64,000 nt of DNA. It comes from Octopus vulgaris (Eukaryota). Position 1 is the first letter of the stretch. Every line of letters begins with the position of its first letter. Positions 40,698 through 55,042 of this stretch are shown here, piece after piece. The stretch is from positions 40,610,001 to 40,674,000 of the forward strand of contig OX597816.1 in assembly GCA_951406725.2 (NCBI GenBank), written 5' to 3'. The position numbers and the translations under genes are program-made. Under the pieces are notes generated by a model, which was not told the origin of the DNA, made no database searches, and saw only the letters and a list, made by a program, of their open reading frames with translations.

Positions 40698-40700
<3 letters not shown>
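39985..40700. repeat. Nested imperfect fold-back (MITE-like)
   Basis: Outer arms 39985-40121 / 40296-40433, inner arms ~40122-40170 / 40232-40279; ~40625-40700 is another inverted copy of ~40132-40218. Confidence 0.85.
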
Positions 40701-40749
<49 letters not shown>

Positions 40750-42540
40750 GCACTCACACATGCATACGCGCGCACACAAACACACATTTAAACGTATCTG
40801 AAAGTAACATACATACGTATATTCATACACTCGGACTCGCACACATATCTTTCTAACTACCTGAATTTATGTTTGGAAGACATTTTTATTTGTAAGAGTT
40901 AATATATCTACGCCATTTATAAGTAAACATTTATATAACTTTGCATATAACCAAACAAATATAGTTGTGCAAAGTGTGCGTGTATGTGTGTATCTGAATA
41001 TAATAATCTTGCACGATGTTCAGCGGAATGTCTGTATATGTGTATAAATGTTGGTAAACGAAAAGAAGTGAATGAAGATGATTATAGAGTAGAGCGAAAA
41101 GGACTGGTCGGGGTTAGAGGAAATGAAAAAGACAGTAATGATATATAGGCCATAAGAGACGAACGTTACTGTCACGGAGGAACATATACATTTTTCAAAC
41201 TTATAACTTAGTTTCGTTATTTTTGGCAATTGGAATGTTTTCAAAAATTTCCCAACTTTTCGACAAGACGTATAATTTAATACTTATTCTATAATTGAAT
41301 TTATTTATATATATAATCAATATTTGCACACGTATTACTAAGGTTTCTGTCTTGTAATCCATCTATCCCATCATCTCATCATTCTACCAACTAAAGTCTT
41401 GCAAGATGATGAAGGTTGGTGTTATAGCGTTCTGTTCTTATATTCTTTACTACCCAATTCTGTAAAAATAAGCCACATCTCTTGAATAACAGAAATGTAC
41501 TTCTCTTATATCTACACATACACACGCACACACACACGCACACACACATACACACACACACAAACACACACACACATACTCATGCAAACAAACAAAAAAT
41601 ATAACACAGTAACACGACAAATAGTTATAGTACGTTTGACTTTCATACAGTTATTCAGGTGTATTTGTATTTCTATGAGTAATCAACTGTATTCAGTATT
41701 ATTCACAGTTGTATTCACAGCTGAATCCATGTAAAATTTGATTCAGTTATTTCTTAATCAATTCAATCTTTAAATAGTAGGTCACTTGTACATTCTAATA
41801 TCAGCTGCAATGAGTGTGAATGCTGAGGTGTAAAATAACTGTTCCTAGTGACATTTGACTCCGAAACGGTTGTACAGTTTTAAGGTTGAAATGGCCTAAT
41901 TTCGAAATGATACTTCTCTAAGAATACATAATATAGTATCTATATTTTTTTACTATAATTCCTGAAATTTCGGAGGAGTGGCCAGTAGATGATATCAATA
42001 AAATAGGAGCTAGTACTCAAATGACTCTTATTTTATTGACCCTAAATAATCATAAACAATTTTGCGCGGGTCGAATTTGGACTTAGAGCGTTGCGGATAG
42101 AAATGGCACCTAGCATATTAAGTGTCGAGTTAACCAATGTATCAGTTTCTTCTGATAAATTGAAAGGGAAGAAAAAAATGTGTCGTAGCAGAAAAGGAAC
42201 AAAAAACAAAACAAAACAAGAGCAATGTACTCTTGTTTATTACCTTTATCGGTATTCATAGTCAAAACTTGAAACTGTGGATAACATAAATAATATTCTG
42301 CCTTTCTTTCAGCTGAATATAATTTTAATCTTCGAAGGAAACCTATTAAAAAATTAAGATTTATTGAAACGTTTTTCATTTACGTTTCCTTAATATACGA
42401 CTCAAGAGAGATAAATATGATTTATCTAGTTTGTAACTATTATCGCTAAAGAGAAAATATAAAAAGATTAATGACCTATATTTTGAATGAAGTAGAAAAT
42501 ATTTGAATAAACTTTTCTAAATTAGGGCTGATGTATCTGC

Positions 42541-42585
<45 letters not shown>

Positions 42586-42768
42586 AGCGCGAGCACACAC
42601 ATAGGCACACACAGACACACACACACACACACACACGGACACACACACACACACACACACACAGAGCACTTATTACCGTTTCAGTTGATTACTTAAGATT
42701 TTACGTTCTATATATTCAGAAATATCCAAACACAGAATACACGTACATATTATAGGTTATATATGTAA

Positions 42769-42810
<42 letters not shown>

Positions 42811-42858
42811 AGTATGATTAAGACAGAGTGAGGGCGAAAGGGGGAGAGGGAGACCGAA

Positions 42859-42890
<32 letters not shown>

Positions 42891-42912
42891 CAAAAGAGGG
42901 ACGGGGAGAAAG

Positions 42913-42955
<43 letters not shown>

Positions 42956-44304
42956 TAAAGTATACTTACTTCATCACTATAGATATTATCATAGACATAG
43001 TTGTAGTGTCAATTGAAAGAACATTTTGTTGGCGACAGCGCTCTTTAGTCGTATTTTATTAATTATTATTTATTTTTTTGCAATTTTTGCATTTCTTTGC
43101 ACGTGAATGTAGTTTTAGACAACCGTCGTTATGGCCCTTACTTGAGAACTACCTCCTGCAGAAAACATGGCACCACACATTTTCTATGGCAGTGGTTGTG
43201 GTGGTGGTGGTGGTAAGATTGTATTTTAATTAAGTTCAAGATGAGTTTGAAAATGATTTAGCTCAGAATTTAAAATAGATTTAAAAACAATACTCTCGTA
43301 ATTTTTCTTTTATCATAATGATTTTTATAACCAGGTTGAATATGAATTAAAGAAGAAAGAACCTGAAGTTAATCTATCATAATCTAGAGTTGAAATTTTA
43401 CTTGTTGTGAAGTGTGAGTTTATATATGAAAAAATAACGTGTTAGAAATATTGAACTTAATCTCCTTTAAATCACGCCATATTGGTGTCTTGTTGTTAAA
43501 TAGCACGATAAATAATAACTATAAACTAAACTAGGTATATAATATACCTATAAAGGAGCAAACGGAGGAGGGGTGCAATGGGGTTCGGCTGTTTGCTTTA
43601 TCAGATCTGTGTTGTGTTGTAAATAACAAATTATCATTACACAATCACTCGCAATAGGACTTCAAGAACTGATCCTCTATGCGGTGGATCAATTTCCTAG
43701 AGATGGAAGCCAAATCTTGATCTGTTCCAAAATTTTCGCCTTAAAATGTTATATAAATTACTGAGACCTAGATTCGCAAAACCTAGAAACAAGAGAAGCT
43801 ATAAAAACCTGTGATCATAGATCTGGTTGATCAAAGCCGACCTGAGGTTATACATCAAGAGCAGAAACTAATAATTATCTTTTTGATCCAGACAGGATAA
43901 AAGCTGATTTGTTTTAATGGGAAAATTCAACACAAAATGCAGACGCAACACCCATTTCCTACAGTACTCTCTACAATTTTAGCATGCAATAATGCTATAA
44001 AAAATCATTAGTTTGAAAAAATTGGCAAGTATTGACGCTCGATATTACAACGAATCTGCTATGAGTTTTCAGTTCATATTTGATGTAGGTTCATTTCTCT
44101 TACGTTCTTTTATCTTTATCTTTTTTGGAAAGAAGATATGCTGGTTACATGATATATCACATATCCTAAAAACACCATAAAGTCTTGTATCTACACAAAA
44201 GGTATTACTTAAAGATTTTATAAATCACGAGAGAGGGAGAAGGAGAGGAAGAAATAGAGAGAAAGTTGCTTATTGTATTAATATTTCAATGCTAGCAAAA
44301 TATC

Positions 44305-45022
44305 GGCGCAGGCGTGGCAGAGCGAATAGGTAAAGGCGTAGCTTTGTGGTAAAAAAATTGCATCCCAACCATATGGTTCTGAGTTCAGTCCCACTGTGTG
44401 GCACATTGAGCAATGCCACCTGCTATCGCAAAGCCTTGTCAAGGTGACAAGGCTTTGCGATAGCAGGTGCCATTGCGATAGCAGGTGCCATTGCCCAAGC
44501 CTTGTGAGTGGATGTGGTAGACGAAAAGTCAATGTGTCTGTCGCATATATATATATATATATATAAAACTGTGTTTGTCCTTCCACCGCTTGACAACCAA
44601 CGTTGTGTTTCGACCCCGTAAATCAGCGGTTCGGCAAAAATAGAGTGACTGTGTGGTAAGTAGCTTGCTTACCAACCACATGGTTCCGGGTTCAGTCCCA
44701 CCTTGGGTAAGTGTCTTCTACTAGTGCCACGGGCCGACCAAAGCCTTGTGATTGTATTTGGTAGACGGAAATTGAAAGAAGCCCGTCGTATATATCTATA
44801 TATATGTGTGTATGTACGTGTGTGTATATGTTTGTGTGTCTGTGTTTGTCCCCCCAACATCGCTCAACAACCGATGCTTGCGTGTTTACGTCCCCGTAAC
44901 TTAGAGGTTCGGTGAAAGAGAATGATAACATGAGTACTAATCTTACAAATAATAAGTCCTAGGATCGATTTGCTCGTGCCCCAGCATGGCCACAGTCAAA
45001 TGAGTGAAACAAGTGAAAGTTA
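44305..45022 (+). mobile_element. Two tandem SINE family A copies (44305-44640 and 44643-45022)
   Basis: Family A head and body motifs repeated; the first copy carries a fold-back rearrangement. Confidence 0.88.
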
Positions 45023-45124
45023 AATATACTTTGTTAACAAGGTGTTGTTTCTGTTCAGAATATAAGGTGAATCTGTTTTTGTAAAGTGAAAGAAGTGTGA
45101 AAGAAGCATTCTAATTATGAACAA

Positions 45125-45534
45125 GGCGCAGGAGTGGCTGTGTGGTAAGTAGCTTGCTAAACAACCACATGGTTCCGGGTTCAGTCCCACTGCGTGGCAT
45201 CTTGGGCAAGTGTCTTCTGCTATAGCCCCGGGCCGACCAATGCCTTGTGAGTGGATTTAGTAGACAGAAACTGAAAGAAGCCTGTCGTATATATGTATAT
45301 ATATATATATATATGTATGTGTGTTTGTGTGCCTGTGTTTGTCCCCCTAGCATTGCTTGACAACCGTTGCTGGTGTGTTTACGTCCCCGTCACTTAGCGG
45401 TTCGGCAAAAGAGACTGATATAATAAGTACTGGGCTTACAAAGAATAAGTCCTGGGGTCGATTTGCTCGACTAAAGGTGGTGCTCCAGCATGGCCGCAGT
45501 CAAATGACTGAAACAAGTAAAAGAGTAAAGAGTA
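45125..45534 (+). mobile_element. Full-length tRNA-derived SINE family A
   Basis: GGCGCAGGAGTGGCTGTGTGGTAAG (A-box), GGGTTCAGTCCC (B-box-like), internal microsatellite, (AAAGAGT)n tail. Confidence 0.93.
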
Positions 45535-46323
45535 ACCCAATCATTATATTGGAAAATGTACCAGGCTCCTCATTCTCCAGCATTCCAGTCTTTGCTAAGA
45601 AAACGGAATGTTATACGAAATTGATTTAGATGCTAGATTACAGAATGGAGCAACAGCATACCGGCGCCCTCATTTTGTTTTTAAAGAGATATGTACCGGT
45701 TTATAAGACTGAATGGACTTTCTACGTAGCCACTTGATCTCATATAGTAAATATCCCTATGACCCTGAAGTACCCCTTCTGTAATATAGTTAAGTATGTT
45801 TCATAATAACCCGAAAAATATGTCTGAAAAACTACACAGAATGATCAGAAGTGAAAACCTTTTATTACCAACAAACTACTATTTTGGTATCGTACTAAAC
45901 ATGACTGGCGTTAGTAAATGAACTGGTCCCAACTCAGATCTTCTCGAAACCGCATTTTAGGGTAAGATAAGCTACTTTTAGTCTTTTACTATAAAGACAT
46001 CATATATATTCGTTTTTAAACTACAGGATATGTTTACTCTATTGAAAACAGGATGCAGCTGTCTGCAAGGAAATTCAACTTAAGATGTATCTATTTAACA
46101 AAAAACTAATAGCGATGATCTCTGAATAAACTTCGTTTATTGGCACTATATAAATTTATTCTTCATTAGTTTGGTCATTTCTAAATAGTGAAGCAAATCA
46201 CCTCTGACATACAATATCCTGTGAACAAAATATATTTATCATTATGACATTTACCTGCTGTTAAATAAACGTCTGTCTGGTAAATAATATACCTTCTTAT
46301 TCAGAACTTAGAATATAACATAA

Positions 46324-46660
<337 letters not shown>

Positions 46661-47479
46661 CAAAGTAGGGTGTTTCCTTGCTTCCTCTTCTGCGGCTAAT
46701 CCTACCTCTAAAGTGGCGTATCGCTTCCGTCTTGCAACGTAAATCTTTCGTTCTACATCCGACGTAGACATTTTTCAATGTATTGCTGTGTCACCCGTTC
46801 TAACGATGTTTTAATCCTATTGTCTTACATGCTATTGTTTTTCTCAATGTTTTCTATACAATGGCTTCGAGATTCTCGAGGGTAACCCTTCTCCCATTTC
46901 TATTTAAAATGCTTTCTGAATCCTTTAAAATGTTATTCGACAAATTTACATTTTGTGCTCGATGTACCGCTGCTGCGAAACCGTTAACGCTCGATCTGTG
47001 GATTTTCTCGTTTTCAGTGACTGTTGTCTGTAATGGTGGTAGCGGTGGTGTTTGAATTTGCCCGTGTTATTCAAGAAGAATGCCATTTTCTTATTTTCCC
47101 CTCTTTTCCTTGTTTCTTGTTGTTGTTGCTTTGTTTGGCTTTTGTTATTGTGGTTGTGGTAATGGTGCACTTGTTTTCGCGGAATTTTTCTTTCACGTTT
47201 TTGTCGGTGTTGGTCATGTTGTTGCTGTTTGTTCTGCTGGTTCTGCTGCTGTTACTTGTTTCCATGCTTTCTTAGATCAGTGAAGGAAGTTTGACTGCGA
47301 AAGCCAATTTTACATTCAAAACAACGTCGCACCATCTTCCCTTTTCTCTTTAGCGAAATATAGGGTGGTCCGGAAGTCTTGTCACCCCCTACCGAAAAGT
47401 AATAAGAACCATAGAGCATCAATATAATAATATCGAATACATGTACTGGTTTTAGTATATCCCATATATTTGCTTTCAT

Positions 47480-47733
47480 GTCTTGTGAAAGGTACGAGAG
47501 TCCTGTTTGCTGGACATTGTTGTAGAGCTGAAAAAGAGATAATTTCTACTCTTCTCCTCTGGAAGCCATCTACTCGCAGTACCAGAGGGCGCACACTCTC
47601 CTACCCTGATGTAATCTCCAGGGATACAGGCATCCAGCAACAGGACCTCCGTAATGCCATGATGGACCGTGAAGTCTGGCGTAGCATAGTAAATTCCATT
47701 GTCTCGACCACAGTCGAACAATGATGATGATGA
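47480..47733 (+). mobile_element. 5'-truncated RTE-like LINE 3' end
   Basis: RVLFAGHCCRAEKEIISTLLLWKP...GRTLSYPDVISRDTG...AMMDREVWRSIV, (TGA)n tail, imperfect TSD TTTAGTATrTCC. Confidence 0.88.
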
Positions 47734-48529
47734 TTTAGTATGTCCACTTTCATTAACGCTGCCATTCATCGAGGACTGTATGAACACCATCTTTGTCGTG
47801 GCACAAAATGATGCGGCGCAATGTCCTATGTGATATTTTACGAAGCTGTTGGTATTCATAGACTTCTCGATGTGCGACAGTATCAATGAAAGTGAATATA
47901 CTAAAACCTGTAATGTATTTGATATTATTATATTGTTCCCCTATTATCTTGTTACTTTGTATAATGAAAAATTACCTTGTGTTCTTTGGGTCCACAGTTC
48001 ATATTTTCAACTGGAGGCATAGTCTAGACATACTGTTCTACTCAAAATGAACAGATTCCTCGATACTTTCTCCTAGGAGGAAGAGCATATTGTTGAAACG
48101 AGACATTCATACGTTTCCAAATATATTTCTGAAACATGGGGATTGGCATCCACTTACATGTAAAATATTTACTTGGATTTAAATTCTCAAGGCGCTAACA
48201 TTCAACAATTGCAGAGTTCAATATAAAATATATTTTAACCATCATTTAAGGAGAAACAGAAAGTTCATGGTTTTGTATGTCATGTCTACTGGCAATATCT
48301 TTCATTCAATTGTTCAAATGGAAACAAAATCTGATACTGTTTTGATTTTTAAATTATTCATTTACCTATCTTAATTAGAATCCATGTCTTGGATAAATAA
48401 ATGACTGAATAGCATGAGCACGCATTTATCTTTATTATTTATTTATAAACTATGTTTGAATATAAAAAATACAACTACTTCATAATGCGAATTAAGCGCC
48501 TGTGTTCAAGTCCACTCTATATGGACAAT

Positions 48530-48690
48530 TTTTACGCTCCGAGTTCAAATTCCGCCGAGGTCGACTTTGTTATTAATCACTTCGGAGTCGATAAAATAAG
48601 TACCAGTGGAGCACCGGTGTCAATGAAATCGAATGACTCCCTCCCCCAAAATAGCAGGCCTTGTACTAAAATTTGAAACTGATTATATGG
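48530..48690 (+). mobile_element. SINE family B fragment (similar diverged copies at ~50088-50300 +, ~52730-52885 -, ~54125-54337 -)
   Basis: GAGTTCAAATTCCGCCGAGGTCGACTTTG...GTCGATAAAATAAGTACCAG. Confidence 0.8.
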
Positions 48691-50859
48691 AGAGTTAGTT
48701 AAATACTTAGACGGACAAAATTGTTCAGCAGAATTGTTGGCTTTTTATGTTCTGCGTTTAAATCAGGTCAACTGTGCCTTTCATCGATAAACTTCAATAT
48801 CATTGAAGAAGTGGGGTCAATGCAATCGAATGCTCTCCTCACGTCTAAATTCTAAACCTGTGCTTAAATTAGAGACATATGAAGTAACTGGTTCTTATAG
48901 GTTGATCGGTCTTTACGGATTGATATGTTTCGGAGGTTTGTAGGATAGTAATGAACTGAGATTGCACTGATCGTAGTATATGACAAATATACATTATTGC
49001 TGGATATTATATCATCACCATATAGATGAAATAAAATTTGACTTTACAAGACGCAGAACTCAAAATACGTAAAGCAACAGTTATGCAGTGTAGGATATTT
49101 TACTACCATATCTTTCATTTATACAATCTCGTTAAAAATTTTGAAAGAAATACCTTCTATATTAAGATAAACAAAAATGAAAAATGAGGTTATCATACAT
49201 TATCAACAGTATATTAGGCGTCATTTAACGCATTTTGAAACCGTTAAGCATCCTCAGATTGCTATACAGTAGTTGATAATTTGTTCTTCAACGCTCGCTG
49301 CACATTACCATTACTTAGCAAAAAGCTTTCGGTCATTAAATGTGCAATCATATTAAAACTGTGCGTGATAGCGAGATCGTCAAACACGATTTGCCTGAAG
49401 CATATTTCAGATAGTGATATTTCTAGAAGTAAATGAGATGTGTGCATTGATTTATACGATTATCAGATTGTACTTTACAGATTCCTCGGGGAGAAAAAAT
49501 CACAAACCGTTGCATTTATCGGCGGTCATTTTTACGAAATTTGCCGAGGTCTGTTGATTTGTTCCAGCATGGAATCATGTAATTAAAAACGATATGATAA
49601 AATATATGAAGTTTATTGATTGTTATTAATTAAATATTAATTTTAGTAAAATTGTTTTTGTAAAGTAAACTTGCTATGAAACATCTTTCTCTATAATGCT
49701 TATTACATCAACATTTGTATTGTGATTTCTTGAAAACAAGACAATAGACGGGGTAAATAAAAACGTTCACTAATATTTTACTAAAACACAGTAAAACTTT
49801 AATTACAGACACTCTGCATGAACAAACGGTAAATTGTTTTCAAATATAATTGGAAAAGGCTGAGCAAAAGCGTACAGCTGTTTCCTTTTACTTAGAGCCG
49901 CACGAAGATGCATCATCTCTGCTTGCAGATGACTTGAAATAAAAAAGTGAGGAACCTCTATTCAGTATCACGTTCTGTACTAGTTTAAAAATGGGCTTGA
50001 TTTACTGACGAACACTAACTAATTAAGGAAGAAGGTTATTTCAGTGTTTGAATTGTAAAACACAGTAGAGATTATGAAAAATGTAGAAGGCGGTGAGCTG
50101 CCGGAGGAATCGTTACCATGTCGGACAAAATCCCTTACTAGTATATTTTGCGACATTTTACGTTCTGAGTTCAAATTCCGTCGAGGTTCCATCCCTTGAA
50201 GATCGATGAAGTACAGCATAAGTCAGGTATTTGGTTGCAACCAACTAATCCTTCTCCTTAAAATCACTGCTTTTCTACCAAAATTCGAAAGCATTACAAG
50301 AGGCGCAGACAAAGCTTATTAATTAAATGATTTGAATGAACCAAAATAGATCTAGTGTATGAAATAAATCTGCTAGGGTATTTTGGGGATTTACAATAGG
50401 CTACACCCACGATAAAGGCCTTGTATAGTGAGTACTTCAAGGAAAAGGTGACACTTAAATCACAGTAAAGGTGAAAAAAAGCGTTATATGCAAAATATTT
50501 TAAAAAAGGGCAGATATAATATGTGTGACAGTGTTATGGACTGTGTGTTTAGCTAGTAGGTGAGCTAGTAGGTGAGCGAACAATAATAGGAACAAAACTG
50601 TAATCATATCTTGTTAGAACTAATATCACAATCTCCTTAAAAGACCTATTGACTGACAGATGATGTTAGCTTCATGGTACATATGGCATAACATGTCAAC
50701 AATACATGATGGTTGTATACTTTAGAAAGTCGCTTTGCAACCACGCTTTCTAGATTTAGTCCCAACGCGATGCGCCTCCAGCTTGTCTTCTCAAGCTGAA
50801 GCTCGGAACTGGCCAATGTCTTCTGATTGAATGTGAAGGAGGGAAACTGGAAGTCCGTC

Positions 50860-50940
<81 letters not shown>

Positions 50941-51555
50941 TGTGCGCGCGCTTGTGTTCCTTCCACACATGCCGGTTTGTGTACCCTCCCGTAACTTAGA
51001 AGTTAGGCCAAGGAGATGGAGATGGTTAGAGTAAGTATCAGACTCAAAATCAAGAAATGTGATTAGTTCGACTAAACGCTTCGAGGCTGTACCTTAGAAT
51101 AGCCGCTGTTTAACCACCTACGAAATAAGAAAAACAGTAATAAAATAATATAGGAAAATATAGTCTATGAAAATGAGATACTTTTCCCAAAATGTTTTAA
51201 GAACTGACAGGTTAAAGAAAAAAGTTAAGTTAGTGGATAATGTGGATAGGTATTACATTAATAGGAAGAAAACAAAACCGAAACTACAGTAATCTGACCA
51301 GGGAGTAAGATTTATTGAAAGAGACTAAGAAAAAGAAAAATATGACCCACAATGAGAAAGCCAACGTACATAATATAAGCCCAAAGATGACACACACAAA
51401 TCGTGTATAGAGAGAAAAAAAAACAAAAACAAAATACAGCAGCTTAATATGCAAGATTAAGAGTGTTAAATGTAACAATACAATTAAAAGCAAGCGTATA
51501 ATAAATTGAATAGAATATTAAGAAATGTATTGGGAATTTCTCTTTAGTCTGTTAT

Positions 51556-51925
51556 CTTTTACCTTTTACTTGGTTCAGTCGTTTGACTGCAACCATGCTG
51601 GGGTATAGCCCTTTAAATTTAGTCGAATGTATCGATCCCAGTATTCATTTTTTAAAGCCAAGTTCTGACTCTGTCTGGCCCTTTTGCTGATCTGCTAAGT
51701 TACGGGGACGTAAACACACCAGCACCGTTTGTCAAGTGATGGTGGGGACAAACACAGACACAAAGACACACACACACAGACACACACATGTCTACCAGAT
51801 CCATTCACAGGGCTTTGGTTGGTCTGAGGCTATAGCAGAAGACACTTACCTAGCGTGCGACACAGTAGAACTGATCCCGGAACTATGTGGTTTGGAAGCA
51901 AGCTTCTTACCACACAACCATGCTC
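51556..51925 (-). mobile_element. SINE family A, diverged (another diverged + copy at ~50705-51125)
   Basis: GCTAAGTTACGGGGACGTAAACACACCAGCACCG and the tail hairpin in reverse orientation. Confidence 0.85.
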
Positions 51926-52621
51926 AGCTATGTAGCAATATTCCGCAAGAGAGGAACGAGTGTTATATACAATGAATGCAATTTATGATACGGTGAACAT
52001 CATCAACCATTTACTGTAATCAATACTTGTGTTTCCCAAATCTATAGTTTAGTTAATTTTAGCTGTCCTTTTTGATATTGTAAAATTTTCGTTTCGAACT
52101 GATTATAATAAAAGGCTTCCACTGTAATAGTAACCGTAGTGAGACACTGTCAAGAGGCTGCTATGGAATGAATTAAAAGCATGATAACAGAGTTAGACAC
52201 AACGGCATCCTCTATTTTGCGAGAATCACTGGATTTTGAAAGACGTGCTGCTATTAAATCTGATGCATTTAAAACATTAAAAAAAATTGATCAACGTAGA
52301 ACTGACTTCCATATTAAAACAAATCTATTACATAGGAACCGGAAACTGGATTATATGAGATATATAGGATATGCAAATGAGTTTGGAGGAATATTGCTGC
52401 TTCTCGTACCTAGGCTGTACTCGAACGAAATGTTTAAGCAAACAACTCCCAAATAAAGAAATAAAAATATGATATTAAATCAATAAGCCCTTAAGCTCAT
52501 TCATTATTTGCTAATCCGATTATACGATATGCAAATATGCAGTCGAATATAAATACGATTTTATAGCTAATACATTGAATCAAGGACTACTGCTGCTGTT
52601 GCTACTACTACAACTACTACA

Positions 52622-52688
<67 letters not shown>

Positions 52689-52903
52689 AAAATAGCAACA
52701 ACAACACAACAATAATAATGGTAAGACAATTAAATCGATCCCAGTACTCAACTTGTACTTATGTACCCCAAAAGGAAGAAAGGCATTGTCAGCCGCAGCG
52801 GAAATTTAATCTCAGAACACAAAGCCGGAAGGAATGCTGTTCAGCACTTTGTCCGCCGCGCGAGTGTTAATGCCACATCATCGCCTAAATAATATTAATA
52901 AAA

Positions 52904-53408
52904 ATACTTTCTTTATTGGCCACAATGGCCACGCACAAATCGAATGGTCGATAAAAAACAAAGGGACCGTGGGGATTTATATAAAACACTTGTAAACATC
53001 AACGCAATAACAACAATAAAATTATAAACAATAATTTTCCTTAATTTGGGGAACAACCACGAGAACCACAGAGATCCCGACTCACCCTGCTCACAAGATA
53101 CACCATGTCAAGAGCTCCTCTCTTCATAAATTCCATCTTGTAGGCGTTTATTCGGGCCTTTTATTCGGGCTTGTAGGTCCATTTATTCCGGCCATTCTCG
53201 CTACCTTCACTCACCTTCTAATAACTTGCTTGGAGGGAAATCTTTCTTACCAACCTCATTTTCCTTTTCATGTGGAACGCAAGCAATTTGATGAGGCCTG
53301 GACAGACGACGGAAGATCCACCTCTTTTATTTATGTCCATCATGCAGCCCCTTTCGCCATAGCAAAGCATTTTGCCCAGTGTACTAACGATTCTAGCAGC
53401 TCGCCACC
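52904..53408 (-). mobile_element. SINE family B 5' head (53364-53408) fused to an L1/Tx1-like ORF2 C-terminus + 3'UTR
   Basis: Minus strand: GGTGGCGAGCTGCTAGAATCGTTAGTACACTGGGCAAAATGCTTT, then AMAKGAA*WT*...LAFHMKRKMRLVRK...VKVARMAGING, ending GTGGCCAATAAAGAAA. Confidence 0.55.
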
Positions 53409-53449
53409 TTAATAATAATAATGATAATAATAATAATAATAATAATAAT

Positions 53450-53995
53450 GCAGTACCAGGCAGTGGCTCACATGGCTTCTGATCTTAACTGATTGGAAGT
53501 GTTATCATGTACATTGTTTTGTCTTGGTATAAAAGATGGGCTACAGCAAATATTCTGCTCAATACCACAGATTTGCTTGTCAGTTGTTTGACTTTAACCA
53601 GTTGAGCATGTCCCTTAGTGGCTGACGATATGTGCATCTCTGATCACGAGCAGAAGTAGTGGGGGAGCATCATAGCCATGTGTTGAGAGGGATTCTTTGG
53701 GGTTTGAATAATTCACCTCTGGAAACATGGGTGGTTCTTCCAACATCCTTAGACAACCCTTATTCAGGGACCTTTTGAGCGGGATGGGCTACTCAACCTG
53801 AAGAAACTTCTAACTGGGCCCCACCTGCAAGGTCATGTGCTGTTTATCTTGATATGAGATCACCATGTCGCGCACATATGGTTGCGATGCATGTGCCTGG
53901 TGTACCCTTATCAGACGGGTAGTCATGATGGGTATATTGGGCTTCGTATATTTTACCCCAGTGTCACTTTGATGGCATGAACTGCTCTCTCACTC
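53450..53995 (+). mobile_element. 546-bp non-coding element embedded in (AAT)n
   Basis: (AAT)n on both sides; homologous copies at 24502-24700 and 9005-9038, also abutting AAT repeats. Confidence 0.88.
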
Positions 53996-54023
53996 AATAA
54001 TAATAATAATAATAATAATAATG

Positions 54024-54126
<103 letters not shown>

Positions 54127-54555
54127 CTTCAAACTTTTGCACAAGGCCAGCAAGATCGATGGTAGTAGATAACTCGATTACATTTACCCCAGTGTTCAGC
54201 TTTCACGTTTTTATTGACCCTTAAAGGTTGCAAGGCAAAGTCGATCTCGGCAGCATTTGAATTCAGAACGTAAAGACGTACGAAATGCCGCCAAACAATT
54301 TTCTCGCACTGCTAACGATTCTGCCAGATCGCCGCCTTAATAACAACACTTATAATAATGTTTTCTTTATTAACTTCTAAGGTTCGACAAAAAAGCATAT
54401 CGAGGATGGTTAGAGGACGATGCAGATTGGGAGTACATAAAAAAGTGCGAGTAAAACAGAAAATATAAAGAATTGGCAGCAAGCAGAATTTAAAACAAAG
54501 AATCTATCTATCTATCTATCTATCTTTCTATCTATCTATCTATCTATTTATCTAT

Positions 54556-54840
54556 TGACGAAGCCACCTTGATTATGATCCTATGAACCGTAAAAATTAA
54601 TACAGAGAGTTGCTTATTTGTAAAAAAATATAACATGTGACTTCATTGACCGAGGTTACCGTGGTCTTTTCCGTAGGCTTTTCTTTCCACGGGTAAACCT
54701 CACCTGTCCTCTCCTTTACACTTCATATTGACATTTCTGTGATAATGATCCCTATTGATCGAAAACCAAACCCCCTTTTTATCTACCTTGTAATTTGTCC
54801 TGTCTGTGTGCAGCCCTGTGTGGCTAATAAAGAAACATAT
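54556..54840 (+). mobile_element. Probable L1/Tx1-like 3'UTR fragment in (CTAT)n/(CTAC)n
   Basis: Ends TTTGTCCTGTCTGTGTGCAGCCCTGTGTGGCTAATAAAGAAA, similar to the SINE B tail and to the end of 52904-53363. Confidence 0.5.
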
Positions 54841-55042
54841 CTATCGACCTACCAACCGACCTACCTACCTACCTACCTACCTACCTACCTACCTACCTAC
54901 CTACCTACCTACCTACCTATTATAGTACCTGAAGGCACTATGACTTCATAGAAAAAGCACCACTTCTTCGGTTCTATATTTAAAAGATGAGGAATTATGT
55001 ACATTATTTACATTATTTACGCTATTTACATTCAATGGATGT

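Noticed and set aside
46680-47290. Q/N/T-rich minus-strand ORF fragments
   Set aside because: Stops in all frames and no motif; possibly a decayed retroelement ORF1 but unsupported.
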